The position numbers and the translations under genes were made by a program. The notes below the pieces were generated by a model. It was not told where the DNA came from, did not search any database, and saw nothing but the letters and a program-made list of their open reading frames with translations. A DNA stretch of 61,524 nucleotides from Candidatus Altiarchaeota archaeon (GTDB taxonomy: Archaea > Altiarchaeota > Altiarchaeia > IMC4 > JBDREA01), in the NCBI GenBank assembly GCA_043820265.1, contig JBDREA010000097.1:1-61524 (forward strand), given 5' to 3'. Below are positions 31,111-40,387 of the stretch, piece by piece. Every line of letters begins with the position of its first letter. The stretch's first letter is position 1.

Positions 31111-31896
31111 TTACTTTGTTACTAATCGCCTAGATCTGTTCTTCCTAACCATATGATCTGCTGGTCTGATACCGTCACTGAATCTCCCATCAAGAGAGTC
31201 TCTTTGATTAACTAACTCCTCCTCACGATTCATTGGATCTGGTGGAGGTTCTAATCCACCCATCAATTCAAGGCGTTTTCTGTTCCTCTCCTCGGTCGTT
31301 CTTCCAGAAGAAGTTAAGTCTCTAGCATTTATTATATCACTCCTCACTTTTAACATTTTTTGATGTCGTGACATTTCAGACCTTGCCAACCACCTCCCAA
31401 CACGGCTCCCACTCATTATATATCCTAAACTCTTTCGAGAATACAGCTCCCGCAACCTTATAGAAGCAGTTCTATGAGACAATACTCCCTTCCTATTTCT
31501 AAAAGCGATGTATAAGCCATCGTCCCCAACACCTAATCTCACAGGATTATGCATACTCAATTGTCCGAATGTTTTAATGTCATGTTGAAGGGGGATGGTC
31601 TCTGGGGTTTTGGTAAATGAGAATTGAACTTTTGGTGTTCTATCAATTAATTTTTCCCCACCTTGATGACTGTCTTGCTGGAGATAGAAATACATAAAAC
31701 CTAGGGATCTTCTTCTTATAGGATCAAATACTTTGTGTACTTCGCTGTTATCTTCCTTATCAACTATTCTTGTGACTTCTAGATGGGGGTCACCTTTTCT
31801 TCCCCCTATTTCATAGTGGCTGATAATGAATCTCTTTCGATCTAATTCAGGTCTATGAAAATATTTTTCTCTTTGCTGAAACTTCTCATCAGGCAT
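31111..31896 (-). CDS. hypothetical protein
   Basis: 261-aa ORF, basic, with no recognisable motifs. Confidence 0.5.
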   Translation of the reverse strand: MPDEKFQQREKYFHRPELDRKRFIISHYEIGGRKGDPHLEVTRIVDKEDNSEVHKVFDPIRRRSLGFMYFYLQQDSHQGGEKLIDRTPKVQFSFTKTPETIPLQHDIKTFGQLSMHNPVRLGVGDDGLYIAFRNRKGVLSHRTASIRLRELYSRKSLGYIMSGSRVGRWLARSEMSRHQKMLKVRSDIINARDLTSSGRTTEERNRKRLELMGGLEPPPDPMNREEELVNQRDSLDGRFSDGIRPADHMVRKNRSRRLVTK

Positions 31897-31938
31897 AGTA
31901 ATTATAATTTAGGAGAACTCCGATTAAATACCCTTTTT

Positions 31939-32685
31939 TCAGTGCCCATGAGGCACAACTGAAAGCGCTGCCCAAATTACTACTATTCCAAGTATCAGTG
32001 CAATTGATTGTACGATCATCTTTTTGAAGTTTCTGGTCTTGTGTAGTTCGGGCATGAGGTCTGCGGTGGCGATGTAGATGAATCCTCCGGCGGCGAATGC
32101 GAGGGCTGCTGGAATGTATTTTTCTAGGGTGGATAGGAGGATGAAGGCCCCGATGGCTCCCCCGAAGGCGGTGAGGGCGGACAGGAAGTTGTAGGCGAGG
32201 GCTTTTTTCCGGGATAGGCCGCTGTGAATTAAAACCGCGTAGTCGCCTATCTCCTGGGGGATCTCGTGGAGGAGTACGGCGAAGGTGGTGACTGCGCCGA
32301 CGTGCAAGCTTGTCATGTATCCCGCCGTGATGATTACGCCGTCGATGAAGTTGTGGACTCCGTCGCCGATTAGGTTGAGGTAGGCGACGGGGTGTATCTC
32401 GCAGTCGTGGTCTCGGCAGTGGTGCCAGTGGATGAATTTCTCGATCAAAAAGAACGAGACGATGCCTGCGAGGATGAAGGCATATGAGTCTTCACCGATG
32501 AGGTCGGCTGCTTCAGGTATGAGGCCGAGGAAGGCGGCGGCGAGCATGGAGCCTGAGGCAAAGGCGACGAGGAAGAGTAGGAACCGGTCAAGAAACTCCT
32601 TACGAATCGAAAGAAAAATCACCCCAGAAAGAGAGATCAGGCTGACAATGAAAACACTTACCAAAGTCGGAAGGAGGACGTGCAT
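31939..32685 (-). CDS. zupT: ZIP-family divalent metal transporter (ZupT-like)
   Basis: 8-TM protein with the ZIP signature HNFIDGV...LLHEIPQEIGDYAVL. Confidence 0.85.
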   Translation of the reverse strand: MHVLLPTLVSVFIVSLISLSGVIFLSIRKEFLDRFLLFLVAFASGSMLAAAFLGLIPEAADLIGEDSYAFILAGIVSFFLIEKFIHWHHCRDHDCEIHPVAYLNLIGDGVHNFIDGVIITAGYMTSLHVGAVTTFAVLLHEIPQEIGDYAVLIHSGLSRKKALAYNFLSALTAFGGAIGAFILLSTLEKYIPAALAFAAGGFIYIATADLMPELHKTRNFKKMIVQSIALILGIVVIWAALSVVPHGH

Positions 32686-32686
32686 T

Positions 32687-34060
32687 TTATTTCAGTTTTT
32701 CTTTGAGTAGTTTTTGTACGACATCGGGTTTTGCTCTTCCTTTCATTTTTTTCATTGCTTGGCCCATTAGGAAGTTTAGTGATTCTTGTTTTCCATCTTT
32801 GTAGTCTAATGCTGCTTGAGCGTTTTCTTTTATTGCTTCATCAGCGGCGTTCCCGAGTTCATCTACGCTTTCAACTACACCTAAGCTTTCCTTTTTCACG
32901 ATTTCTGCAATGCTTTCGCCTGAGTCGATGACTCGTTCGATTAGTTTTTTTGCTACAGCATCAGTGACTTCTTTCTTTTCGAGGAGATTCAGCAGCTCTA
33001 TGATCTGTTTGGCGTGAAGCTTTGTCTCTCTGAGCTCCTGGCTTCTATAATTCAGCTGCCTTGCCACTTCTTGCGTTATCCAGACAGATGCCATCTGGGG
33101 ATTAGAGTCTTTGGCAACGTCCTCAAAGAGGTCTGCGAGCTGTTTTTCGGCTACCAATAATCCAGCGAATTTTTCTTCTAAGCCAAAGTCTTTGACCAAA
33201 CGCTTTCTTCTGCGCTCAGGCGTCTCGGGAAGCTCGATTGAGTCGATGAATTTCTTATCGAGTACTAGGGGGGGGATGTCCGGGTCGGGGATGTAACGGT
33301 AGTCGGCTGCGCTCTCTTTGGTGCGAAGCTCTGTTGTGATCATGTTCTTTTCGTTGAATCCTCTGGTCTCCTGTTTGACTTCCACCCCTCTTTTCGCCAT
33401 GTTTTTTTGGCGGATTATCTCAAATGAAACAGCCTTGAATGCCCCCCGCACGGAATTGATGTTTTTTATCTCAACCCTCGCACCACCCTCTATACTGATG
33501 TTTACGTCGGCTCGCATCACGCCTCCGACGTCGACTACTCTGCCAGTGTATGCGAGGAGATTTGTGAGTTCTCGAAGGAATTCCCTCATCTGTATGGGCG
33601 AATTCATGTCTGGTGCGGTCACTATCTCGATCAAAGGAACACCTGACCTGTTGTAATCTACATTGCCTGTGGCAAGGTCGTAACGACCCGGGTCTTCTTC
33701 CATGTGCACCTCCCAGAGCCCGACGCCCGCGAGATTTCCGTCTATTCCTATCGGTTCGCTTGTTCTCTGATAGCCAGACGGCAAGTCTGGGTAGTTGTAG
33801 TGCTTTCTTTTCACAAATGTTTTTGTCGTCGAAGTCTTGCAGTTGAGTAGCTCTGATATCATGACCACGGATTCGAGCGCCCGCTCGTTTATCGGATGCG
33901 GCTTCGAGCCAGGCATTCCCGTGCAGACTTCGCAGACGTTTGTGTTTGGTAATACTACCTCATAGTAGTTGGTGGGGCATGTGCAAAAAAGCTTCTGTTT
34001 TGTTGCAAGCGGCACGTGGATCTCCAATCCAATCTTGATGTTTGGCGTTTCTTCTTCCAT
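32687..34060 (-). CDS. gatB: Asp/Glu-tRNA(Asn/Gln) amidotransferase subunit B
   Basis: N-terminus IGLEIHVPLATKQKLFCTCPTNY...CEVCTGMPGSKP, and a C-terminal YqeY-like tail ending ...NFLMGQAMKKMKGRAKPDVVQKLLKEKL. 457 aa. Confidence 0.9.
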   Translation of the reverse strand: MEEETPNIKIGLEIHVPLATKQKLFCTCPTNYYEVVLPNTNVCEVCTGMPGSKPHPINERALESVVMISELLNCKTSTTKTFVKRKHYNYPDLPSGYQRTSEPIGIDGNLAGVGLWEVHMEEDPGRYDLATGNVDYNRSGVPLIEIVTAPDMNSPIQMREFLRELTNLLAYTGRVVDVGGVMRADVNISIEGGARVEIKNINSVRGAFKAVSFEIIRQKNMAKRGVEVKQETRGFNEKNMITTELRTKESAADYRYIPDPDIPPLVLDKKFIDSIELPETPERRRKRLVKDFGLEEKFAGLLVAEKQLADLFEDVAKDSNPQMASVWITQEVARQLNYRSQELRETKLHAKQIIELLNLLEKKEVTDAVAKKLIERVIDSGESIAEIVKKESLGVVESVDELGNAADEAIKENAQAALDYKDGKQESLNFLMGQAMKKMKGRAKPDVVQKLLKEKLK

Positions 34061-34085
34061 TAAGCGAAAAGAAATGGTAGACTAC

Positions 34086-34196
34086 GTATATAGTTGAGGT
34101 CATAATTACATGGGCATTCCAGGGTTAATTATGACCTCAAATATATTGGAGGACATTAAATATAGCCCAAATAATTATGTCCTCCACTATAAAAGA
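34086..34196 (+). repeat. double-hairpin promoter-proximal element, copy B
   Basis: Hairpin 1 arms are 34087-34104 and 34129-34146 (ATATAGTTGAGGTCATAA / TTATGACCTCAAATATAT). Hairpin 2 arms are 34148-34156 and 34177-34185 (GGAGGACAT / ATGTCCTCC). It is followed by ACTATAAAAG, then ATG at 34218. Confidence 0.65.
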
Positions 34197-34217
34197 GCTG
34201 ATTCGAGAATATATTTC

Positions 34218-35186
34218 ATGCGTTTTCTTTTGCAGTTTTCAGGCGAACACGACAAGCTTCCCAGAGCGGAGCTTACGGCGGTCTTGGAGGGCGAGGGTTT
34301 TCGTTTTGAATTCGGCCGCGTGTTTCGCGAGAAAAGGATGATTCTCGTTGACGTCGATTGCCCGGATGGTTCTTTTATTTCTCGGTTGGCTTACACTCAA
34401 AAGGCTCATAGAGTTCTGGAAGTTGCCCAGCGCATCGAGCCTTTGGCAGAAAAGGCAGTTTCTTTGATGGCAGAGAGTGATACTTTTAGGACTACGGCGT
34501 CTTCCCAGATACTTGAGAGGAGGCTTGGGGCTTTGATAGCCAGGAGTGGTTTTCACGTCAGCCTCGAAAGACCCGATAAGGTTTTCTCGGTCTTTGAGGA
34601 GAGAGGAATCTGTATTTTAGGTGAACCGATCTCATTGGAGAAGGATTTTGAGAAACGCAAACCACAGCACCGCCCGTTCTTTCATCCCACAAGTCTGCAC
34701 CCCAAGCTCGCCCGCTGCCTTGTCAATCTTTGTCGGGTCAGGGCAGGAGACACAGTCCTCGACCCATTTGTTGGAACTGGGGGAATCTTAGTGGAGGCTG
34801 GATTGATGGGGTTGAAACTTAAAGGGTGGGATGTCAAAGAAGAGATGGTTGAGGGGTGCATGATGAACTTCAAGCACTTCAGCTTAGTTGGGGGGTTGGA
34901 AAAAAGGGATGCTCTGAGAGACGGCAAAGATACTGGATTCGTCGATGCGATTGTCACCGATCCCCCTTATGGGAGGGGTTCTTATTCATCTGTTGGAAAT
35001 CCGTATTCACTCTACCAGAGTTTTCTCAGTGAAGCGAAAAGTTGGATTGCTTCGGGGAGATTTCTGGTTGTTGTTTTTCCTTCAGAGTTTGTTCCCCCGC
35101 TTGAGGGGTGGAGAAGAAAAGAGAGTTTTGAGGTTTACATCCATAAGAGCCTTACACGAAAGATATGGGTTCTGGAGAAAACCTGA
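34218..35186 (+). CDS. THUMP-domain tRNA (guanine-N2) methyltransferase (Trm-G10/Trm14-like)
   Basis: MRFLLQFSGEHDKLPRAEL... is a typical start for this family. SAM motif I is LDPFVGTGGILVEAG and motif IV is DPPYG. Start moved from the track's 34110 to 34218. Confidence 0.85.
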   Translation: MRFLLQFSGEHDKLPRAELTAVLEGEGFRFEFGRVFREKRMILVDVDCPDGSFISRLAYTQKAHRVLEVAQRIEPLAEKAVSLMAESDTFRTTASSQILERRLGALIARSGFHVSLERPDKVFSVFEERGICILGEPISLEKDFEKRKPQHRPFFHPTSLHPKLARCLVNLCRVRAGDTVLDPFVGTGGILVEAGLMGLKLKGWDVKEEMVEGCMMNFKHFSLVGGLEKRDALRDGKDTGFVDAIVTDPPYGRGSYSSVGNPYSLYQSFLSEAKSWIASGRFLVVVFPSEFVPPLEGWRRKESFEVYIHKSLTRKIWVLEKT

Positions 35187-35189
35187 GCG

Positions 35190-36659
35190 CTACTCTATAA
35201 TGGATTTACGCCTCTCAAAATCTCCTGCAATAGGTTTCCTTTTCGGTGTAGTTTCAAAATCATCCCCTCTTTTCTGTGTTTCTGCCTGCTTTATTTTTGG
35301 CGCCAGATAAGCTTCTCTCTTGATAACCCTTGAGAGCGATTGATTGATGAATCTGCCCTCATAGTAAGGCAAATATACTACTCCCTTGTGATGCACTTCT
35401 CCCCAGAAAATGCTTTTCAGTATCTGTTCGATGTCTTTTGAGCGGTAACGGGTTTGGTCGAATTCGAAGTCTTCCTCCAAGCCCTCTTCCACATCTATGA
35501 ATTCTTTCAGGTTGTATATCCCCCTGACGTGGTGCGGCATCTTTACCTTGGCTCCGACTTGGCGGTCTTCTTCTTTTTCCTGGGGCTTTGATTCGGTCCC
35601 CCCGTTTCCTTCTCCTCCGGTGAAGCTTCCGAAGATGTCGAGGAATTCGTCCAATATTAAAACGATTATGCTTTGGATGAATCCGACTATTTCTTGGGCG
35701 CGCGTTGTCGTCTTTCTGTCGCTTAGGTTATAGATATGGACTACCCCTCTTTTTTCAAGTATGGATAGGTGCTTTCCGACAAGGTGTTCGTGGGGTAGAT
35801 CTCCGTGCTCTAGGAGGTCGATTAAATGGGACTTTGACTCTGGCGGCAGAAGGAGGATATCTTCGATTATCGTTGAAGTCTTTAACTCATTCTCTGGTGG
35901 TTCGCTTTTTCTTGCTAGAAACCCTTTTTTTTGGGGGGTTCCCCTTAACATGTAATATAATTCGCCGTTGTTTAGGTTGACGTACAGAGATTCTTCGTCG
36001 TGAAGCATAGCGCCTTCCTTTTCAGCAGACTTTATTCTTGATTCATCAATGTCTGTTATCAAGAAAACCCCCACTGGGGTATATCGTCCCTCGACCCTTA
36101 ATCCCCTGTCCTTTTTTGCTATTATGTGAGAGGGGATTTTTTTCAATCTTTCCGCAAAGTACTCTTTTGCTTCACTTAATGTTTTTCCAATTTTGAAGGA
36201 GTGTTTTTCGGTTTGATAGTATTTTTCAGCCAAACCGTATTTGTCTAAAAGGTTCACAAAGTCTTCCTCGAGCTCTACCCCAGACATGCTCAGGCTTTCA
36301 AACAATCTGTACCTGTTCACCAGACTTAAAGGTTTTCCTGCGGCATATGCGTGGGCTTCCTCTGCGAAGTCGCTTGTCGTGACGTAGGCTGCCCGGACCG
36401 CACCCATCTTTTTCATGTCGTCGAAGAGTTTTTGGACGTCCGACTCCATGATCTTTTCAGTGGAGGTTTTGGCTCGTATAAGGCTTAGAACTGAACCCCC
36501 CAATGGGTTCGCTGATTTGGCTATGACATCTACGACGCCGTCTCTGTCCCTCTTTAGGGATTCCACTTCGAATCCCATCTTGGCGACGAATTGAGATATC
36601 ATCTTCTCAAAGTCGTAGGGATCGATTTCTGAGGAAATGTAGTCTTTTTGTTCGACCAT
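35190..36659 (-). CDS. Mrr-like restriction-endonuclease-domain protein with large uncharacterised C-terminal region
   Basis: The N-terminus FEKMISQFVAKMGFEVESLKRDRDGVVDVIAKS...LSLIRAKT fits the Mrr_cat (D-x(n)-(D/E)xK-like) pattern. The remaining 350 aa or so are unassigned. Confidence 0.6.
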   Translation of the reverse strand: MVEQKDYISSEIDPYDFEKMISQFVAKMGFEVESLKRDRDGVVDVIAKSANPLGGSVLSLIRAKTSTEKIMESDVQKLFDDMKKMGAVRAAYVTTSDFAEEAHAYAAGKPLSLVNRYRLFESLSMSGVELEEDFVNLLDKYGLAEKYYQTEKHSFKIGKTLSEAKEYFAERLKKIPSHIIAKKDRGLRVEGRYTPVGVFLITDIDESRIKSAEKEGAMLHDEESLYVNLNNGELYYMLRGTPQKKGFLARKSEPPENELKTSTIIEDILLLPPESKSHLIDLLEHGDLPHEHLVGKHLSILEKRGVVHIYNLSDRKTTTRAQEIVGFIQSIIVLILDEFLDIFGSFTGGEGNGGTESKPQEKEEDRQVGAKVKMPHHVRGIYNLKEFIDVEEGLEEDFEFDQTRYRSKDIEQILKSIFWGEVHHKGVVYLPYYEGRFINQSLSRVIKREAYLAPKIKQAETQKRGDDFETTPKRKPIAGDFERRKSIIE

Positions 36660-36681
36660 CGTCTGAGTTACCTATTTATTA

Positions 36682-36792
36682 TTATAGTCGAGGACTTAAT
36701 TACCTGGATTAATTTTTATGTCCTCGAATATATTTGAGGCCCTAACTTATCCTAATTCAGTCCATAACGTTGGGGCCTCAACTATAAATATA
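36682..36792 (-). repeat. double-hairpin promoter-proximal element, copy C
   Basis: Hairpin 2 arms are 36688-36695 and 36720-36727 (TCGAGGAC / GTCCTCGA). Hairpin 1 arms are 36727-36746 and 36769-36789. The orientation points toward the Mrr-like gene, whose ATG is at 36659. Confidence 0.6.
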
Positions 36793-36853
36793 GGGAATAG
36801 CGGGAAGAAATATTATATAAACGCCCAGAAAATGAAAAATAGGGATAAAAAAT

Positions 36854-37408
36854 TTATTTTTTAGTCTTGACTTTTTCCAATCCATAGTCGTAGCCTGCCT
36901 CAAACGCCTTCTGGTTTAACTCTAATGTTCCCGAAGGTACTGAAGAAAGTATGGATTCCTTCATAGCTTGAAAGCTGACTGCGCCGGTCACCGCCGTAAA
37001 GAACCCTAGCATTATGATGTTGGCGACTATCCTTCTTCCGATTTTTTCGGCCATTTTACTTGCCGGTATTGAGTAAAACTTCGTGTTTCCTTCGATTGTA
37101 CCTGTTTTAACTAAGTCTTCCTCGACGATCAGATAGCCGTCATTTTTTAGCTGGGGAAAAAACTTTGAGTAGGCTTCTTGGGACATGGCAACCAGTATGT
37201 CAGGGGCGATGAGCTTGGGGTAATCCACTACGTCGTCTGATATTATAACGTTCGCCGAACATGCACCTCCGCGAGCCTCAGGACCGTATGCCTGGGTTAA
37301 GGTGGCATTCTTTTTGTCGTATATGGCGGCAGCTTTCCCGATGATGTATCCTGAAAGGATTATTCCTTGGCCTCCGAATCCGCCAATCTTGATTTCTGTC
37401 CTCGTCAT
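36854..37408 (-). CDS. 2-oxoacid:ferredoxin oxidoreductase, gamma subunit
   Basis: IGGFGGQGIILSGYIIGKAA... is the typical gamma subunit start. Last gene of the delta-alpha-beta-gamma operon. Confidence 0.9.
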   Translation of the reverse strand: MTRTEIKIGGFGGQGIILSGYIIGKAAAIYDKKNATLTQAYGPEARGGACSANVIISDDVVDYPKLIAPDILVAMSQEAYSKFFPQLKNDGYLIVEEDLVKTGTIEGNTKFYSIPASKMAEKIGRRIVANIIMLGFFTAVTGAVSFQAMKESILSSVPSGTLELNQKAFEAGYDYGLEKVKTKK

Positions 37409-38247
37409 TTTTTTCGGAGCAGGTGTCTTGCGAATCCCTCTTTCATTGTGTGGGTGAAGGAGGGTTTGTCGATGTCTATGAATTTGCCGACTTTAATCTC
37501 CTTTTCACGCATTCCGAGGTAGACTTCCTGGGGGTCTGCGCCGTTTTTTATCAGGCTGTGGTCGCGGAAGAATTTCATTTCGTCTAATCCTGACCCGAGC
37601 TTGTTTCTTCGTTGAAAGGCGGTGGGGCAGGGTGAGATTATCTCGATGAAGCTGAATCCTTCCTTGTGCATGGCCTCTTTCATGGATTTGATGAGTTGTC
37701 TGACATGATAGGTTGTCCATCTGGCTACATAAACCGCCCCGCTTGCTGCCGCGAGGCCTGGGAGGTTAAAGGGTTTTTCGTAGTTGCCGTAGGGGGCTGT
37801 CGTCGCCTTTGCACCCACTGGTGTAGTCGGTCCAAGCTGTCCTCCCGTCATTCCATAGTTGAAGTTGTTCACACAAATCACTGTTATGTCGATGTTTCTT
37901 CTTGCGGCGTGTATGAAGTGGTTCCCCCCGATGGCAAACAGGTCTCCGTCTCCTGAAAATACTGTGACGTTTAGCTCGAGGTTGGCAAGCTTAAGCCCTG
38001 TCGCAAATGGGATGGCTCTTCCATGGGTTGTGTGAAACGAATCGATATTTGTGTAGCCTGCTACTCTCCCCGAGCATCCGATTCCTGAGACTACGACGGC
38101 TTTGTCCAATGGGATTTTTGATTCCTTTAGCGCTTCGAGGTAGCAGGTGAAATTCGTCCCAAGGCCGCAACCCGGACACCAGATATGCGGCATCCTCTCT
38201 GATCGTAGAAGGGCGTCGATTGGGTGTCCGCTTGCTTTGTTACTCAT
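37405..38247 (-). CDS. 2-oxoacid:ferredoxin oxidoreductase, beta (TPP-binding) subunit
   Basis: WCPGCG, GIGCSGR and GDGDLFAIGGNH TPP motifs. Start set at ATG 38247, which overlaps the alpha subunit's stop (ATGA). Confidence 0.9.
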   Translation of the reverse strand: MSNKASGHPIDALLRSERMPHIWCPGCGLGTNFTCYLEALKESKIPLDKAVVVSGIGCSGRVAGYTNIDSFHTTHGRAIPFATGLKLANLELNVTVFSGDGDLFAIGGNHFIHAARRNIDITVICVNNFNYGMTGGQLGPTTPVGAKATTAPYGNYEKPFNLPGLAAASGAVYVARWTTYHVRQLIKSMKEAMHKEGFSFIEIISPCPTAFQRRNKLGSGLDEMKFFRDHSLIKNGADPQEVYLGMREKEIKVGKFIDIDKPSFTHTMKEGFARHLLRKK

Positions 38248-39398
38248 TTGGCCACCTCCTCGATGACCTTTAATATTTCCTGGGGTGTATGGATATCTCC
38301 GCCGAGCTTGGAAATGAGTCTTACCTTGGCATTCCCCGCCGCACAACGTTCGACTTCGTGTACGATCTGTCCGTTGTTTATTTCGGGTACTATGAATACT
38401 TCAACGATTTCAGCGAGTTTTCGGATTTCTTGTTCTGGGAAAGGCCATATGGTGCATAGGCGGATCATGCCTGCTTTTATGCCCTTCTTTCTTGCCATGT
38501 GGATTGCGCTTAAAGCTGAGCGCGAAGGCGAGCCGAATGCCACGACAACGACCTTGGCATCATCCATTTCTGTCTTTTCTAATCGGATTATGTCTTTGGA
38601 GTTTTTCAGGATTTTGTCGCAGAGTCTTTTCACAAGTTTTTCCTGGACTTCAGCAGTTGTTTCGGGGTAGCCTTTCTCGTTGTGAGTCAAGCCTGTGGCT
38701 ATTACCCTATACCCTTCGCCGGCGTTCGCCATGGGGGGCACTAAATCATCGTCTGGTTTGTACATGAGGTACTCTTCTGGTCCGACACGGGGTTTTTTCC
38801 GGTTTATTATTTCGATTTCGGAGGCTTCTGGTATAACGACTTTTTCGGTCATGTGTCCTACGACCTCGTCTGATAATACGATCACTGGCAGCCTGTATTT
38901 TTCGCTTAGATTGAAGGCCCGGATTGTATAGTCAAACATCTCTTGGGGTGAATTAGGCGCTAGAGCTATTACTTCATAGTCGCCGTGGCTCCCCCATCTG
39001 GCCTGCATTATGTCTTGTTGGGCTACAAGGGTTGGAAGTCCTGTGCTTGGCCCCCCTCTTTGCACGTTGACTATGACTGCGGGTGTTTCCATCATTATCC
39101 CTAATCCGAAGTTTTCCAGCATCAAGCTGAATCCCGGACCCGATGTTGACGTCATGGATTTCACTCCAGCCCATGAGGCGCCAAGTATTGAGTTCATGGA
39201 AGCTATCTCGTCTTCCATCTGGATGAACACTCCTCCGACTTCCGGGAGTCTTCGAGCCATTCTTTCTGCGATCTCTGTGGCGGGAGTTATGGGGTATGCC
39301 CCGAAAAATCTGCATCCTGCAGCGATTGCTCCTTCTGCGCTTGCGATGTCTCCGAGCATGAAGTATTCTCCTGTCAAGGTTGCGTCGTCGTCAGCCAT
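38244..39398 (-). CDS. 2-oxoacid:ferredoxin oxidoreductase, alpha subunit
   Basis: 384 aa. GDIASAEGAIAAGCRFFGAYPITPATEI is the typical alpha N-terminus. Confidence 0.9.
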   Translation of the reverse strand: MADDDATLTGEYFMLGDIASAEGAIAAGCRFFGAYPITPATEIAERMARRLPEVGGVFIQMEDEIASMNSILGASWAGVKSMTSTSGPGFSLMLENFGLGIMMETPAVIVNVQRGGPSTGLPTLVAQQDIMQARWGSHGDYEVIALAPNSPQEMFDYTIRAFNLSEKYRLPVIVLSDEVVGHMTEKVVIPEASEIEIINRKKPRVGPEEYLMYKPDDDLVPPMANAGEGYRVIATGLTHNEKGYPETTAEVQEKLVKRLCDKILKNSKDIIRLEKTEMDDAKVVVVAFGSPSRSALSAIHMARKKGIKAGMIRLCTIWPFPEQEIRKLAEIVEVFIVPEINNGQIVHEVERCAAGNAKVRLISKLGGDIHTPQEILKVIEEVAK

Positions 39399-39678
39399 TT
39401 TTTAATATTTTTTCGTCTTCGTGGGTTTTAATATATATTGAGAATTCCGGGCATAGGAGCTCGCACATCTTGCATGCGATGCATTTTTCGGGGTGTGTTG
39501 CTTCGGGCGGGTGGTATCCTTTTTCGTTGAAGTCTTTGGATACTTCAAGCACTTTCATTGGGCAGAATTCGATGCAGAATCCGCAGCCTTTGCATCGGTT
39601 GCGGATTATGTGAACTTCTCCTTTTGGTTTGGTTTTCTGTTGGGGTTTTTCCGCATTGGATTTGTCTATTTTAACCAT
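39391..39678 (-). CDS. 2-oxoacid:ferredoxin oxidoreductase, delta (2x[4Fe-4S] ferredoxin-like) subunit
   Basis: Two cluster motifs, CKGCGFCIEFCP and CIACKMCELLCP. Start probably ATG 39678 (the track begins at 39744). Confidence 0.85.
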   Translation of the reverse strand: MVKIDKSNAEKPQQKTKPKGEVHIIRNRCKGCGFCIEFCPMKVLEVSKDFNEKGYHPPEATHPEKCIACKMCELLCPEFSIYIKTHEDEKILKNG

Positions 39679-39893
39679 TTCAAGATGCATTCGTAAATTG
39701 CTGCTTCTGCTGGTTTTTCTGACAGTTGGGAAGAAAGATACCATTGGGAGATTCCCTTTATAAAGTCGTAGGGGTTTCCGCTATGAGTAGGGCTTAGTTC
39801 TTTATAGTTTTACATTTAGATCTAAATGAAATCCCTGGGTTTTTCCCATATTGCTATCAAAGCCATATTAATCAAACAAATTGGAAAAAAATT

Positions 39894-40307
39894 CTAAGCG
39901 TGTTTTTCAATCTCGGATTTCAGCCAGGACTCAGCTTCTCTCCCTTTCATAAGATCTCCTTTCTCGTCTGGATTAGACAGCTCAATCTCGAAGATCCACC
40001 CGTCGCCGTATGGGTCGGAGTTGATGATTGCCGGGTCATCGAATAATTTCTCGTTTGTCGCAGTGACTTTACCTGACATGGGCGAATATATGTTTCCTGT
40101 CCACTTTTTGGTTTCCATTGTGCCCACTTGGTCGTCTTTAGAGACTTCGTCTCCATCAAACGGCATCTGCACGTAGCTTATCTCTCCTGCGAGCTTTTGT
40201 GCGAAATCGTCCACTCCAACCTTTGCCTTGTCTCCTTCTATTTTTATCCACATGTGTTCCTTGTGAAATAAAAGTTCATCTGGTAGCTCGTATGTATCGA
40301 CTTTCAT
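39894..40307 (-). CDS. gcvH: glycine cleavage system H protein (lipoyl carrier)
   Basis: HMWIKIEGDKAKVGVDDFAQKLAGEISYVQMP... with the lipoyl-lysine context GTMETKKWTGNIYSPMSG. Confidence 0.9.
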   Translation of the reverse strand: MKVDTYELPDELLFHKEHMWIKIEGDKAKVGVDDFAQKLAGEISYVQMPFDGDEVSKDDQVGTMETKKWTGNIYSPMSGKVTATNEKLFDDPAIINSDPYGDGWIFEIELSNPDEKGDLMKGREAESWLKSEIEKHA

Positions 40308-40387
40308 TTTCAGAAATACACCCCCTGATTTTAAGGAAGAATCTCGTAGTCAAATATATACTCTAAGCTTTATAAGAATGTTGGAAA

